DNA from: a virus
Virus record (IMG/VR): IMGVR_UViG_3300045988_093856
Coordinates: 1-64,000 of that record
Reading direction: 5' to 3' (one strand)
DNA length: 64,000 bases
Positions 9,152 to 17,806 of this stretch are shown here, in pieces. Position 1 is the first letter of the stretch. Each line of letters starts with the position of its first letter. Position numbers and translations under genes: made by a program. Below the pieces are notes generated by a model, which worked only from the letters and a program-made list of their open reading frames with translations, searched no databases and had not been told where the DNA came from.

Positions 9152-9585
9152 TTATTTATTTTGTGTCTGCCTGACACGCATCACTACGGCAGGCAGACTA
9201 TTTATCATATCAGGGGTTATCGTTTTGCCCCCCCCGAAAAGGCTTCTCATAAACTCTGCAAATCCGTCTGCGTCCGGGTGTGTGCCGGTTTTCACGACTT
9301 CAAATCCGAACTTCTTCTTTGCCAGTTCACAGAATTTGGTTGTCTGCTCTTTCATAATGGGTTCAATGAGGCTGCTTGTTTCTCTGAACCATTCTTCTCC
9401 GCCCTCAATATCTTTGAGAAATCTCTTATTGCCCTCTACGTGGCATGATATTGAAGTCGGAGCAACTGTTACCTCTACCTTGAATGGATAAGTTCCGGGG
9501 CTGCCTTATCTCCGATAATACTTTTCAGGAGCATTGCTGCCATAAGAGCATCGAAGTCTTTTTCAAAATTATCTTTATCTGCCAT
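9152..9585 (-). pseudogene. Hypothetical gene split by an apparent 1-nt frameshift
   Basis: ATG at 9585 with GGAGGA upstream gives MADKDNFEKDFDALMAAMLLKSIIGDKAAPELIHSR*. The next frame is open from that point (..YPFKVEVTVAPTSISCHVEGNKRF...) into listed ORF 9152-9355. One extra base in CCCCGG (~9496-9501) would fuse them. Confidence 0.5.
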
Positions 9586-9599
9586 AGTGTGTATTCCTC

Positions 9600-11030
9600 C
9601 TACAATTCGATAACTGTCAAATCGTTATCATCCGTTGTTCTGGTTGCGATAAACTGCAATCCTTTGGCGCGGCACTTCTCGTAAAGACGATTGCGGTTTT
9701 CTTCTGAGAGTTTTTCTGTGCCGTCTATGAGAATGATCTGTAATCCTGCCGGATTCTGAATTGCTACATCAATGCAAAGGTCAAGTTTCTCTCCTTCTGA
9801 AAGGTTACTTACCGGCAATCCGTTGATAAGAGGTATTCCGTCTTTAACCGAAAGACCCTCAATCGGAATTTGGGCGGTTTCCAGAATGGTTCCCGGAAGC
9901 GATCTCGCAAGTTCAATCTTTTCTGTAAGACTTCTCGATTCTTCCTGCAGTTCCTCAACTTCTTTCTGGATAGAAAGCATACGCCGCCACTCATTGATAT
10001 GCCCTTTCATCTTCTCTGTTTCGTTTGCCTTTGCCAGTAATTCATCAACCGGCTTTGTCTCTTTGTCTGCATATTCAGCGTAAGAAGCCTGTTCCGCCTC
10101 ATATTTCGCAACAGAGGTTTCGTATTCAGACTCGATAACCTTGGTCTTGTCTGCCTTTATACCAGTAAGGCCGGCTTTCTTTTCCTCCAAGGCTTTGATA
10201 CGTTCACGCAGAGACGATAATTCACTCTCAATGTTCTTCTCTTCCTGACCCATTTCCCGATCAAGAGCTGCCAGTGCAACTTCTTTGGTTGCCTGAAAGC
10301 CTCGAATCTTTGCATCATGGCTGTCTCTGAGTCGTTGAGCTTTTTCGATGGTTTCATTCTCCTTACGAATCTGCTCGATTTCCGTGTAGAGTTCCGAAAG
10401 GTTTTCTTTCTCCCAACGTTCTCCATCGTAATCAATAGGCAGTGCCGCACCAATATCGGCAATAACAGCTTTCTTCGCCTTAATGTCGCGGTTCACATCC
10501 TGTCTGTGCATGAAGTAATAACCATTCTCTGCCTGAATATCATTCAGTACGGCCAAAATATTCTGTTCATAGTTCACATCCCTTGGAATCTCGCCAAACC
10601 ATTCTTTGATTGTTTCAAGACTCCAATCATACTGAATCATATCCAGAATGGTCGCATTTTGCGTTTTCTTATCCATTGAGATAAATTCCATAGGGGAAAG
10701 TTGTAATGGGGTAAAAATCGTTTTCAGAAAAGCCTCCGGGCTTGATACGACATTGCCATTCTGCTTTATTGATTTATAGTCCGTCATGGCTGCCCTTGCT
10801 TTTCTGTCGATTGAAAGACCGTTATCCATCTCAATATAGATTTCTCCCTCTGTTTCGCCATTCTTGATAATGTAATCGCGATCAGAAGAATTTGTGAGGG
10901 CATAACGGATTGCGTCAATTACAGAAGTTTTACCGGTTCCATTCTTGCCCGCAAGCTCTACGTTTTTCCCGTCTGCCTCATATTGAGAGATACCGAAAAG
11001 ACTTTTTATTTTGATTTTTGAAATCTTCAT
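9600..11030 (-). CDS. SMC/SbcC/RecN-like AAA ATPase
   Basis: Walker A GKNGTGKTS, a long coiled-coil middle and C-terminal LSEGEK...ILIDG (signature and Walker B). Start taken at MKISKIK. Confidence 0.75.
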   Translation of the reverse strand: MKISKIKIKSLFGISQYEADGKNVELAGKNGTGKTSVIDAIRYALTNSSDRDYIIKNGETEGEIYIEMDNGLSIDRKARAAMTDYKSIKQNGNVVSSPEAFLKTIFTPLQLSPMEFISMDKKTQNATILDMIQYDWSLETIKEWFGEIPRDVNYEQNILAVLNDIQAENGYYFMHRQDVNRDIKAKKAVIADIGAALPIDYDGERWEKENLSELYTEIEQIRKENETIEKAQRLRDSHDAKIRGFQATKEVALAALDREMGQEEKNIESELSSLRERIKALEEKKAGLTGIKADKTKVIESEYETSVAKYEAEQASYAEYADKETKPVDELLAKANETEKMKGHINEWRRMLSIQKEVEELQEESRSLTEKIELARSLPGTILETAQIPIEGLSVKDGIPLINGLPVSNLSEGEKLDLCIDVAIQNPAGLQIILIDGTEKLSEENRNRLYEKCRAKGLQFIATRTTDDNDLTVIEL

Positions 11031-11056
11031 ATAGCAGTTTCCTTTCCTCAATACGC

Positions 11057-11560
11057 CTATTTGCCGTGTTCTACTTCCAACTCTGCCGCCCTCTCAGATA
11101 CTTCAATCGCATAATCTGAATAATCTCCGCTTTCCCACCGACTATTTGCCGTTGAGGTTTTGAGATTATAACGCATGAGGACATAATAGAGATCATCCCC
11201 TCTGCCGCTTTGAATGGCTTCGTCAAAGAGTTCTGCCAGATAATCAGTCCCAACAAGAATATTGGAATACGAATCATACAAATTTGTTACTTCGAGTTCT
11301 TCCATCCTGTCGGCGTGCCACCTTTGGCTGACTTGCATAAGCCCTATGCAATTTCCATTTTTGGCGTATGGGTCGTAACTGCTTTCCCTCTCGATTATTG
11401 CCTGAATAAGCTCCGGGCAGATATTGTACTTTTCTCCGATTTCAACGGTGTATGCCTCAATATCGCTACGAGGGGGGGTGTTTTTAGTTTGTGCGCTTGT
11501 ACTTATTACCGGAATGAAGAACATAACGGAAATAAGGAGTATTGATAATTTGCGTTTCAT
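11057..11560 (-). CDS. Secreted lytic transglycosylase (SLT domain)
   Basis: Signal-peptide-like MKRKLSILLISVMFFIPVISTSA and the catalytic pattern IIERESSYDPYA...GLMQV. Confidence 0.75.
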   Translation of the reverse strand: MKRKLSILLISVMFFIPVISTSAQTKNTPPRSDIEAYTVEIGEKYNICPELIQAIIERESSYDPYAKNGNCIGLMQVSQRWHADRMEELEVTNLYDSYSNILVGTDYLAELFDEAIQSGRGDDLYYVLMRYNLKTSTANSRWESGDYSDYAIEVSERAAELEVEHGK

Positions 11561-11598
11561 GTTTTCCCTTTCGGTGGGGCTATTCCGCCCCACTTTCG

Positions 11599-11802
11599 TT
11601 ACTGTATTACGGTCACGTTACTTGCCTGTGATCCCTTGCTTCCGTCTACAATTTCAAATTCAACTTCCTGACCTTCTACCAGAGTTTTGAACCCGTCCAT
11701 TGCTAAGGCGGTGTAATGTACAAAGATTTCCGAACCATCCTCACAAGTAATAAAGCCGTAGCCCTTAGCGGCGTTAAACCACTTTACTGTCCCTCTTTTC
11801 AT
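11599..11802 (-). CDS. csp: Cold-shock domain protein
   Basis: [15 protein letters not shown] and FVHYTAL (RNP1/RNP2). Start taken at MKRGTV, after AAGGAGAG. Confidence 0.85.
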   Translation of the reverse strand: MKRGTVKWFNAAKGYGFITCEDGSEIFVHYTALAMDGFKTLVEGQEVEFEIVDGSKGSQASNVTVIQ

Positions 11803-11848
11803 GGCGCTCTCCTTTCCTTCATAATGTCTATTAAGAACCTCTCGGCGC

Positions 11849-12043
11849 TTAACCAATTCCTAAATACCTCTTATGCTCGTCCAATAAATGTCTGTATATA
11901 TAGAAACCCCACTTCGTTTTGCCGTCCTTTTTAATGGCATATCCAATGGGAAGTTTCTCCCTTTTCATCATTTCCCGGAGTGTCAATACATCCATGTGTA
12001 GCTCACGGGCAGCATTTTTTGTTGATACTCTTACTTCTTGCAT
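11849..12043 (-). CDS. Small DNA-binding (excisionase/HTH-like) protein
   Basis: 64 aa. The pattern [25 protein letters not shown] is helix-turn-helix-like. Confidence 0.45.
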   Translation of the reverse strand: MQEVRVSTKNAARELHMDVLTLREMMKREKLPIGYAIKKDGKTKWGFYIYRHLLDEHKRYLGIG

Positions 12044-12128
12044 TTTTGTTGCATCGCCTCGTCTGTTCGTTTTACTGTTTCAAAGTGCGTTGGTGTATAT
12101 CCTCTCTTTGTTTGTCCGACTAAACTTT

Positions 12129-12317
12129 TTAGGCAAAAAGTTTACTCACAGGTACTTCTAAGGCGTTTGCTAAAGATTTAAGTGTCCCAACCAAAGCCTC
12201 ATGTTCTTCGTTATTTTCAAGAGCAATTATCGTCATTCTGCTTACGCCAGACTTCTGGGCCAACTGCTCTTGGGTAAGTTTTTTCTTTTCTCTGAGTTCC
12301 TTGATTCGATACGCCAT
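12129..12317 (-). CDS. cro: Cro-like XRE-family HTH repressor
   Basis: IKELREKKKLTQEQLAQKSGVSRMTIIALE; transcribed divergently from the CI-like gene. Confidence 0.8.
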   Translation of the reverse strand: MAYRIKELREKKKLTQEQLAQKSGVSRMTIIALENNEEHEALVGTLKSLANALEVPVSKLFA

Positions 12318-12366
12318 TACTGCGCCCCCTTTCTATTGTCCGATGTTTGTTTGACTGAACAATTAG

Positions 12367-12395
12367 AGTATAGCCGACTAAACAAGGAATGTCAA
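12367..12395 (-). promoter_or_regulatory. Candidate early (cro-side) sigma70-type promoter
   Basis: On the minus strand: TTGACA (12390-12395), 17 nt spacer, TATACT (12367-12372). Confidence 0.55.
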
Positions 12396-12413
12396 GCGGA
12401 ATTTACAAATAAA

Positions 12414-12442
12414 TTGACTTTTGTGTTTCTACGATGTATAAT
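12414..12442 (+). promoter_or_regulatory. Candidate repressor (cI-side) promoter
   Basis: TTGACT (12414-12419), 17 nt spacer, TATAAT (12437-12442). GACTAAACA-like repeats lie at ~12376 and ~12444. Confidence 0.6.
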
Positions 12443-12471
12443 GGACTAAACATCAAAAGGAGGATTTTTGT

Positions 12472-13134
12472 ATGACATTAGGGCAAATTATCAAAGCATA
12501 TAGAGAAGAAAACAACATGAGTATGGATAGATTTGCAAGAGTGAGTGATTTAAGCAAAGGCTATATATCTCAGTTAGAAAATAACTTAAATCCCAAAACC
12601 GGGGAGCCGCCGAAACCGTCTGTAGAAACTATTCGCAAGGCAGCAAAAGGAATGTTTATGACATTTGACGAGATTATTAGTAATCTGGATGATAATATAA
12701 AGATCGTTGATGACAAACCAGAAGTTAAGATTGTGAAGAAAGCAATCCGCATACCGGTTCTTGGAAATGTCGCTGCCGGAATACCAATCGAAGCTATCGA
12801 GGAAGTAATTGATTATGAAGAAATCTCAGAAGAACTTGCACACACAGGCGATTTCTTCGCCTTAAAAATAAAAGGAGATTCCATGGAACCTCGTATATGT
12901 GATGGGGATGTGGTAATCGTGCGAAAACAGGAGTATGCCGAATCAGGAGATCTTGTTATTGTATTGGTAAATGGAGATAGTGCTACTTGCAAGCAGTTAG
13001 CAAAATATCCGAGTGGTATCAGCCTGATTCCTTTCAACCGGGCATACGAACCGTTCTTCTATTCAAATGAAGAAATTGAGAATAAACCAGTGCGAATCAT
13101 TGGGAGAGTAGTCGAAAATCGGCAGAAATATTAG
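12472..13134 (+). CDS. CI/LexA-like repressor (XRE HTH plus S24 peptidase)
   Basis: N-terminal HTH (MSMDRFARVSDLSKGYISQLE) and C-terminal GDSMEP...VIVRK autopeptidase motifs. Confidence 0.9.
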   Translation: MTLGQIIKAYREENNMSMDRFARVSDLSKGYISQLENNLNPKTGEPPKPSVETIRKAAKGMFMTFDEIISNLDDNIKIVDDKPEVKIVKKAIRIPVLGNVAAGIPIEAIEEVIDYEEISEELAHTGDFFALKIKGDSMEPRICDGDVVIVRKQEYAESGDLVIVLVNGDSATCKQLAKYPSGISLIPFNRAYEPFFYSNEEIENKPVRIIGRVVENRQKY

Positions 13135-13291
13135 AAATAGAAAACCGCCTCTGCTACCAACAGGGACGGTATCTATAAACACATCGGGAAGTCCGATAAT
13201 GTTTGTCTGAACACCCTACATTATATCATCTTCCCGGTAGAAACACAATATACCGGGCATTTTTATGCCCTTTTTTAAGGAGGATGATACT

Positions 13292-14512
13292 ATGCGTCTG
13301 CCGAATGGTTATGGAAGTGTAATCAAACTGAAAGGCAAGAGGCGTAAGCCTTATGCTGTCCGAACTTCTGAAATTGTAGAGTACATAGAAATTGATGCTC
13401 CGAGAGAGTTATCAAATGCTATTCTGTATGATTTCAAACGGTTCAATTTTAGGTGGAAATGGCAATCACAGATATGGTCTGCCGTGTCAACCGATAACGC
13501 AAAAAAATTTGCCGAAAATCTCATGGAATCCGATGGATATGAGTACAGTATCGTTTACAAACAGACATTCAAATATTTGGAGTATTTTGCGAAGCAGGAG
13601 CACGCCTACTCTTATCTGTCTGAATTGAATAACGCGGAGGTTGTCCCGGAACATATCAGATATTCGGAAACGCCGACCTTTGCAGAAATGTATGATAAGT
13701 GGAAACATTATAGAAAGAGTCTGCCGGACAAAATATCAAGCAGCACATGGCGTAACTATGAGATAGCATTTAATCATCTGGCCGATCTGCACCACAAGAA
13801 ATTCAATGCGCTGCGTACCGATGAAGTCCAGGAGTGCATCAATAAGTGGACTTGTAAATCAAATTCTACTGTATCAAATATCCGAACAGTCCTGAATAAT
13901 ATGTACAAATATGCCCTTATGAATAACTATGTTGAAAAGGATTTATCTCAGTTCTTCGTTTATTCGTGGGCGGGACCGGTTGAACAAATCCATAGCCGTT
14001 ATTCTGACGAGGAAATTGCTCTCCTGTGGGCGAATCTCTATGTAATAAACAATGTCGATCTGATACTCATAACAATATATACGGGGCTTCGCCCTACTGA
14101 GCTGCTTGAAATCACAACGGATAACGTTCACATCGAAGAACAGTATATGATAGGAGGTATGAAAACCGAAGCCGGAACGGATAGGATAATTCCGATTGCC
14201 GATAAAATTCTTCCGCTTATCAAGAACAGATATGATCCCAACAAAAGATTTTTAGTAAATAACAAATATGGAAATCATTACACTTACGGTTCTTATGTGA
14301 GTGCGAATTTCAACACGGTAATGAATAGGTTGCAAATGAAACACTTGCCGCATGACGGCCGCCACACGTTTGCTTCTTTAATGGATAACGCCGGGGCAAA
14401 TGAAGTCTGTTTGAAACTTATTATGGGTCACAGCATGAAGAATAATGTTACTAAGGGTGTCTATACGCACAAGACAATACCTCAGCTTATCGAAGAGGTC
14501 AATAAAATTTAG
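13292..14512 (+). CDS. int: Tyrosine integrase
   Basis: C-terminal HDGRHTFASL...LIMGHS...GVYTHK (R..HxxR..H..Y). Start at 13292 follows GGAGGA. Confidence 0.9.
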   Translation: MRLPNGYGSVIKLKGKRRKPYAVRTSEIVEYIEIDAPRELSNAILYDFKRFNFRWKWQSQIWSAVSTDNAKKFAENLMESDGYEYSIVYKQTFKYLEYFAKQEHAYSYLSELNNAEVVPEHIRYSETPTFAEMYDKWKHYRKSLPDKISSSTWRNYEIAFNHLADLHHKKFNALRTDEVQECINKWTCKSNSTVSNIRTVLNNMYKYALMNNYVEKDLSQFFVYSWAGPVEQIHSRYSDEEIALLWANLYVINNVDLILITIYTGLRPTELLEITTDNVHIEEQYMIGGMKTEAGTDRIIPIADKILPLIKNRYDPNKRFLVNNKYGNHYTYGSYVSANFNTVMNRLQMKHLPHDGRHTFASLMDNAGANEVCLKLIMGHSMKNNVTKGVYTHKTIPQLIEEVNKI

Positions 14513-14534
14513 GGGAGAAATCCCCTATTTTTTA
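14512..14534 (+). terminator. Intrinsic terminator after int
   Basis: GGGGAGAAATCCCC hairpin followed by a T-run. Confidence 0.7.
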
Positions 14535-14571
14535 TTGCATAAATATTCGGTAACATCCCCAAAATCCGTGT

Positions 14572-14652
14572 ATATTATGCGTATATTATAAATTTTCAGT
14601 TGTATATTACGTGTATCTTACTTGTATATTGTGTGTATATTACCATCAAAAA
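14572..14652 (+). repeat. Cluster of direct TGTATATTA-like repeats (putative integrase arm sites)
   Basis: The run gtgtatattatgcgtatattata...gttgtatattacgtgtatcttacttgtatattgtgtgtatattacc. One more pair lies at ~14808-14835. Confidence 0.6.
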
Positions 14653-14696
14653 TCTACATAAATCAGCGAACACTAACTCTAAAAATACGCACAATA

Positions 14697-14733
14697 AAAC
14701 CCCGGAAACATAGTATTTCCGGGGTTCGTTTTT
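14697..14733. terminator. Bidirectional hairpin terminator
   Basis: CCCCGGAAA-N7-TTTCCGGGG with an A-run upstream and a T-run downstream. Confidence 0.6.
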
Positions 14734-14869
14734 ATCTCTTAGCACACACCCTGTGCTAACATAGCCGTAGCACAGGTTTCCAGTGTTTATGCGGTTTTCA
14801 AGGTTATTTGTATATTATAGGTATAGTACCATCACATATCAACATAGACCATTATCATCTTTCGCCAAT

Positions 14870-16198
14870 CTATGCTTTTTTCAAATATGCACTCGAACAG
14901 AAACCGGTCATTCCCTTATACGCTACGAGAAGCCACTTGGTTCCGCTCACATCTGTATAATATCCATAGCACTTTACGGTTTCTCCCTTCGGGATTATCG
15001 TAATGGATGTTTTGCTCTTTCCGGCTCCCGCCCGGAGATTCAGATTCGCAGTTGTTTTATAACTGCCCGCCAATGAGGCTGATTTGCTCTTAGCTGCCTC
15101 CACCTTAACAGCCGGGGTGGATGATGTTGACTGAGTTGTGCTGTTGGAAACCTTGGCCCCATTCGACAAAGCAACAACCGTATGCCCCTTGGTTTTTGTT
15201 ACTAAAATATCCCCTCTCTGGAGATAATCAGAGGACTTGCAGTATTGATCCGTTGTCAGAATGTCAAATTTTCCAGTCGCATTAAGCATGGTTTTCTCAT
15301 TTGCGGTCGTAAATGAGGCTACGTTGATTCCGGCATAAAGCACGCAATTTCTTACTGCCTCAGAACAATCGACTTCTACTTTTGTGGTTACTTTGGACGC
15401 ATCATATCCGAAAGGCTTCGCCGCCGTGGTTAAAGAACCTCTATGGCTCTGGCAATAGCCAATATTATCGTTATCACAGATTGCTTGCATATTTTGGGCT
15501 ATTTTTTCTGCGATTGCCTTGTCCTTGGCACGAATTACTATCCACCCTTTTGAATGAAGATACCATGCCTGAGTAGATACTTCGCCTTTGGTCTGATCTC
15601 CCGCTGCCCCTCCGGTGGTTGTCCCTTTCTCGTTTATTCTTGCACTTCCTACGATTACGCTCATAGTATTCCCTCCTTTACTCATAGCAAATTGCTTATA
15701 ATATTCCTCTGCATATCCGCCTCGTTCTTCTTTGGCAGATAAGCCCTGATTATTCGGCTTTTCATAACCGGTCAGCACAATATCTGATGCCTCTCTGGTT
15801 GATTTTGCGGATTTCAGTTTTGAGAGGACTCCTTTATATGCGCCGGAAAGTTCTACCCAAATGAAGTTCAACTGCATTTCTTCATCTCCGATTGATTTCC
15901 CTTGCTGTTTCGCATAATTGAGAAGATTCTGCTTTCTGGTATAGTAGGTCCACTGCGCATATCCATATCCGGCCTTATCAGTCACGAATCCCGGATAGTT
16001 GTTGCCATCGACAAGCCTCGTGTAATCTTCATCCGAAATGTTCAGCTTTTTGTTATAGCTGTTCTGTAAATTGCATGGATTAAATGCACTCTCGGCGCGT
16101 ATGCTTGCCATTATCCCGGCAGTTCCGTATTCCCCTACCCCTTTGCTCATAAAGAAATTCCATGCCCTTTCCTGGGCGGTATTGCCTTTCAAAGCCAT
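14870..16198 (-). CDS. Endolysin (N-terminal phage lysozyme-type domain, second hydrolase-like domain, C-terminal SH3)
   Basis: IMASIRAESAFNP...YGYAQWTY pattern and a C-terminal SH3b-like YKTTANLNLRAGAG...TKWLLVAYKG. Start taken at 16198, 8 nt after GGAGG. Confidence 0.8.
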   Translation of the reverse strand: MALKGNTAQERAWNFFMSKGVGEYGTAGIMASIRAESAFNPCNLQNSYNKKLNISDEDYTRLVDGNNYPGFVTDKAGYGYAQWTYYTRKQNLLNYAKQQGKSIGDEEMQLNFIWVELSGAYKGVLSKLKSAKSTREASDIVLTGYEKPNNQGLSAKEERGGYAEEYYKQFAMSKGGNTMSVIVGSARINEKGTTTGGAAGDQTKGEVSTQAWYLHSKGWIVIRAKDKAIAEKIAQNMQAICDNDNIGYCQSHRGSLTTAAKPFGYDASKVTTKVEVDCSEAVRNCVLYAGINVASFTTANEKTMLNATGKFDILTTDQYCKSSDYLQRGDILVTKTKGHTVVALSNGAKVSNSTTQSTSSTPAVKVEAAKSKSASLAGSYKTTANLNLRAGAGKSKTSITIIPKGETVKCYGYYTDVSGTKWLLVAYKGMTGFCSSAYLKKA

Positions 16199-16215
16199 AT
16201 TCATCGCCTCCTTAC

Positions 16216-16262
16216 AGAAAAAGAGCCGGATGCAATTTAGCACCCGGCTCACTGGCTCTAAC
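16216..16262 (-). terminator. Conserved GAGCC-tandem hairpin, copy 1 (between holin and endolysin)
   Basis: Minus strand: AGTTAGAGCCAGTGAGCCGG-loop-CCGGCTC-TTTTT, immediately upstream of the endolysin RBS. Confidence 0.55.
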
Positions 16263-16273
16263 TCAATATGGGA

Positions 16274-16582
16274 TTATTTGCTATTGTCTTTGATCTGCTT
16301 GATAGCCTGAATTACTTTATCATATCCGTTTGTAGCAACCAAGAAGCTGAGATAAGCAAGTGCGATCAATTCCACGGCGATTCGTGCATTGAGTGCCGTT
16401 TCAGTCCATATCAAATATCCTGCAGATACCGCTATGGAAATGACTACGGAAGTGACCGCCGCCATCACATTTGATGAATAATTTGCTGACTTCTTATCCA
16501 AAATCTTTTTGATGCCCTCAACTGTAAGGTTTGTCAGAACTGAAATTACAAGCAGTGCTACAAATAAAAATTCCATTGACAT
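16274..16582 (-). CDS. Holin (small multi-TM protein)
   Basis: 102 aa with hydrophobic segments and a charged C-terminus; lies directly upstream of the endolysin. Confidence 0.7.
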   Translation of the reverse strand: MSMEFLFVALLVISVLTNLTVEGIKKILDKKSANYSSNVMAAVTSVVISIAVSAGYLIWTETALNARIAVELIALAYLSFLVATNGYDKVIQAIKQIKDNSK

Positions 16583-16593
16583 AGTTTGTCCTC

Positions 16594-17004
16594 CTATCCT
16601 TCTGCTCCATCTTCTGCGGAGCTATGTGTGGTTCCGTCCTTGGTAATGACGGTGCTGTTTAATGGTATCGAAAAACTGAGTTTGTTTTTTTCAAAGATGT
16701 TCATAATCGTATTGGTTCCGAGATATACTACCAACGGAGCTACGATTTCTCTGACGATTGTACTCGACACATCCACTACTGGGTCCATGCCGATACTTGC
16801 AAGGATGTATGAACATGAGGTTAAGATCATGCCGTGGATCAGCACAGCCGTTGTGGCTACTTTTGCGTAAGTGTTGAGGCTCACTTTTTTCTTCTTCTCT
16901 TTTCGCCTCTTATGTTCTCTCACGCGCATCGCATAAATGATAACGCAAGCCGCGATAAATCCAACAACGATTCCAATAATCGCGCTAATTATCATCCTCT
17001 CCAT
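16594..17004 (-). CDS. Membrane protein of the lysis cassette
   Basis: 136 aa; N-terminal TM segment followed by a KRRKEKKKK stretch, then further TM segments. Confidence 0.55.
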   Translation of the reverse strand: MERMIISAIIGIVVGFIAACVIIYAMRVREHKRRKEKKKKVSLNTYAKVATTAVLIHGMILTSCSYILASIGMDPVVDVSSTIVREIVAPLVVYLGTNTIMNIFEKNKLSFSIPLNSTVITKDGTTHSSAEDGAEG

Positions 17005-17329
17005 TCCTTTCCCCTTTCTTCTTTGGTGGTTCGGTAGGCAATTTCTTCAAATCCTCAATCAAATCTGTTGCTACATCATTGCCGCCTAACGTATGGTATG
17101 GTTCATACATTCGTATAGCGTTCTCACGGGCGTATATAGGGCAATATCCTTTCTCAGACCATTTATTGTATGTCTGGACGATTCCGTTTCTCAGAAGGGC
17201 TTCTACGCCCTTTCCAATGGCCTTGTTTTTAAGATACTGGCTGTAAAGAATTTTGCCAATTACCCCCATGCCGCTGATTATCAATCCAAAAAGAAATTCA
17301 ATCCAATATTTCAGTATAAATTCAACCAT
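16985..17329 (-). CDS. Holin-like membrane protein
   Basis: N-terminal TM segment, then ALLRNGIVQTYNKW..KGYCPIYA...YHTLGGND, a pattern recurrent in Firmicutes phage holin annotations. Confidence 0.5.
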   Translation of the reverse strand: MVEFILKYWIEFLFGLIISGMGVIGKILYSQYLKNKAIGKGVEALLRNGIVQTYNKWSEKGYCPIYARENAIRMYEPYHTLGGNDVATDLIEDLKKLPTEPPKKKGERNGEDDN

Positions 17330-17342
17330 CTCTCTATGCTCC

Positions 17343-17534
17343 TTACCTGAATTTACGCAGTCTGTATTCTATTACATCCAACCTTTCATCTGCGTCCGTT
17401 CTCATTTTTTCTAAGTCGTTTTTTACTTCAACGCTAATGTCGGATTGCGCAATGGCTTCTGCCTGCTTCCTGACGATTTCAGATAGGAGAGTTGTCACTT
17501 CACACAATCTGTCAATAATTTCATATTGTCCCAT
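17343..17534 (-). CDS. Hypothetical protein (63 aa)
   Basis: ORF with same-strand packing. Confidence 0.45.
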   Translation of the reverse strand: MGQYEIIDRLCEVTTLLSEIVRKQAEAIAQSDISVEVKNDLEKMRTDADERLDVIEYRLRKFR

Positions 17535-17621
17535 GCGCCACTTCTCCCTCTTTATTTAGTTCACATATCTTCGACAGCATAAACTATACTGGCAAAGATA
17601 TGTGAGCTAAGTGTTATTGGA

Positions 17622-17756
17622 CTATTCCAAAACGTTTCCGTTCTCGTCCAGACCTAATGCTGCCAATTCAGCTATTACAGCATCGCGGTATCTTGCCGGA
17701 ACTTTGTCGATTGTTCTCCGTCCCGCAATAATCAAAGCACAATATAAATCTACCAT
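17622..17756 (-). CDS. Small CD1375-like phage protein (44 aa)
   Basis: MVDLYCALIIAGRRTIDKVPARYRDAVIAEL, after AAAGGAGGA. Confidence 0.6.
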   Translation of the reverse strand: MVDLYCALIIAGRRTIDKVPARYRDAVIAELAALGLDENGNVLE

Positions 17757-17806
17757 AGTCTCATTTCCTCCTTTTGTTATAAGAATCCATAAAATATTTA
17801 ACATTA

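Larger units (their letters stand above)
14513..14869. other. Candidate attP region
   Basis: Non-coding gap between int and the endolysin gene. It holds about 6 GTATATTA arm-type repeats and inverted repeats: TTAGCACA..TGTGCTAA (~14739-14760) and CCTGTGCTA..TAGCACAGG (~14750-14777). Confidence 0.55.

Noticed and set aside
14572-14835. The GTATATTA repeat clusters as a possible CRISPR array or replication iterons.
   Set aside because: The repeats are only 8-9 bp, irregularly spaced and lie beside an integrase in a non-coding gap. This fits arm-type integrase sites, and no cas genes or uniform spacers are present.
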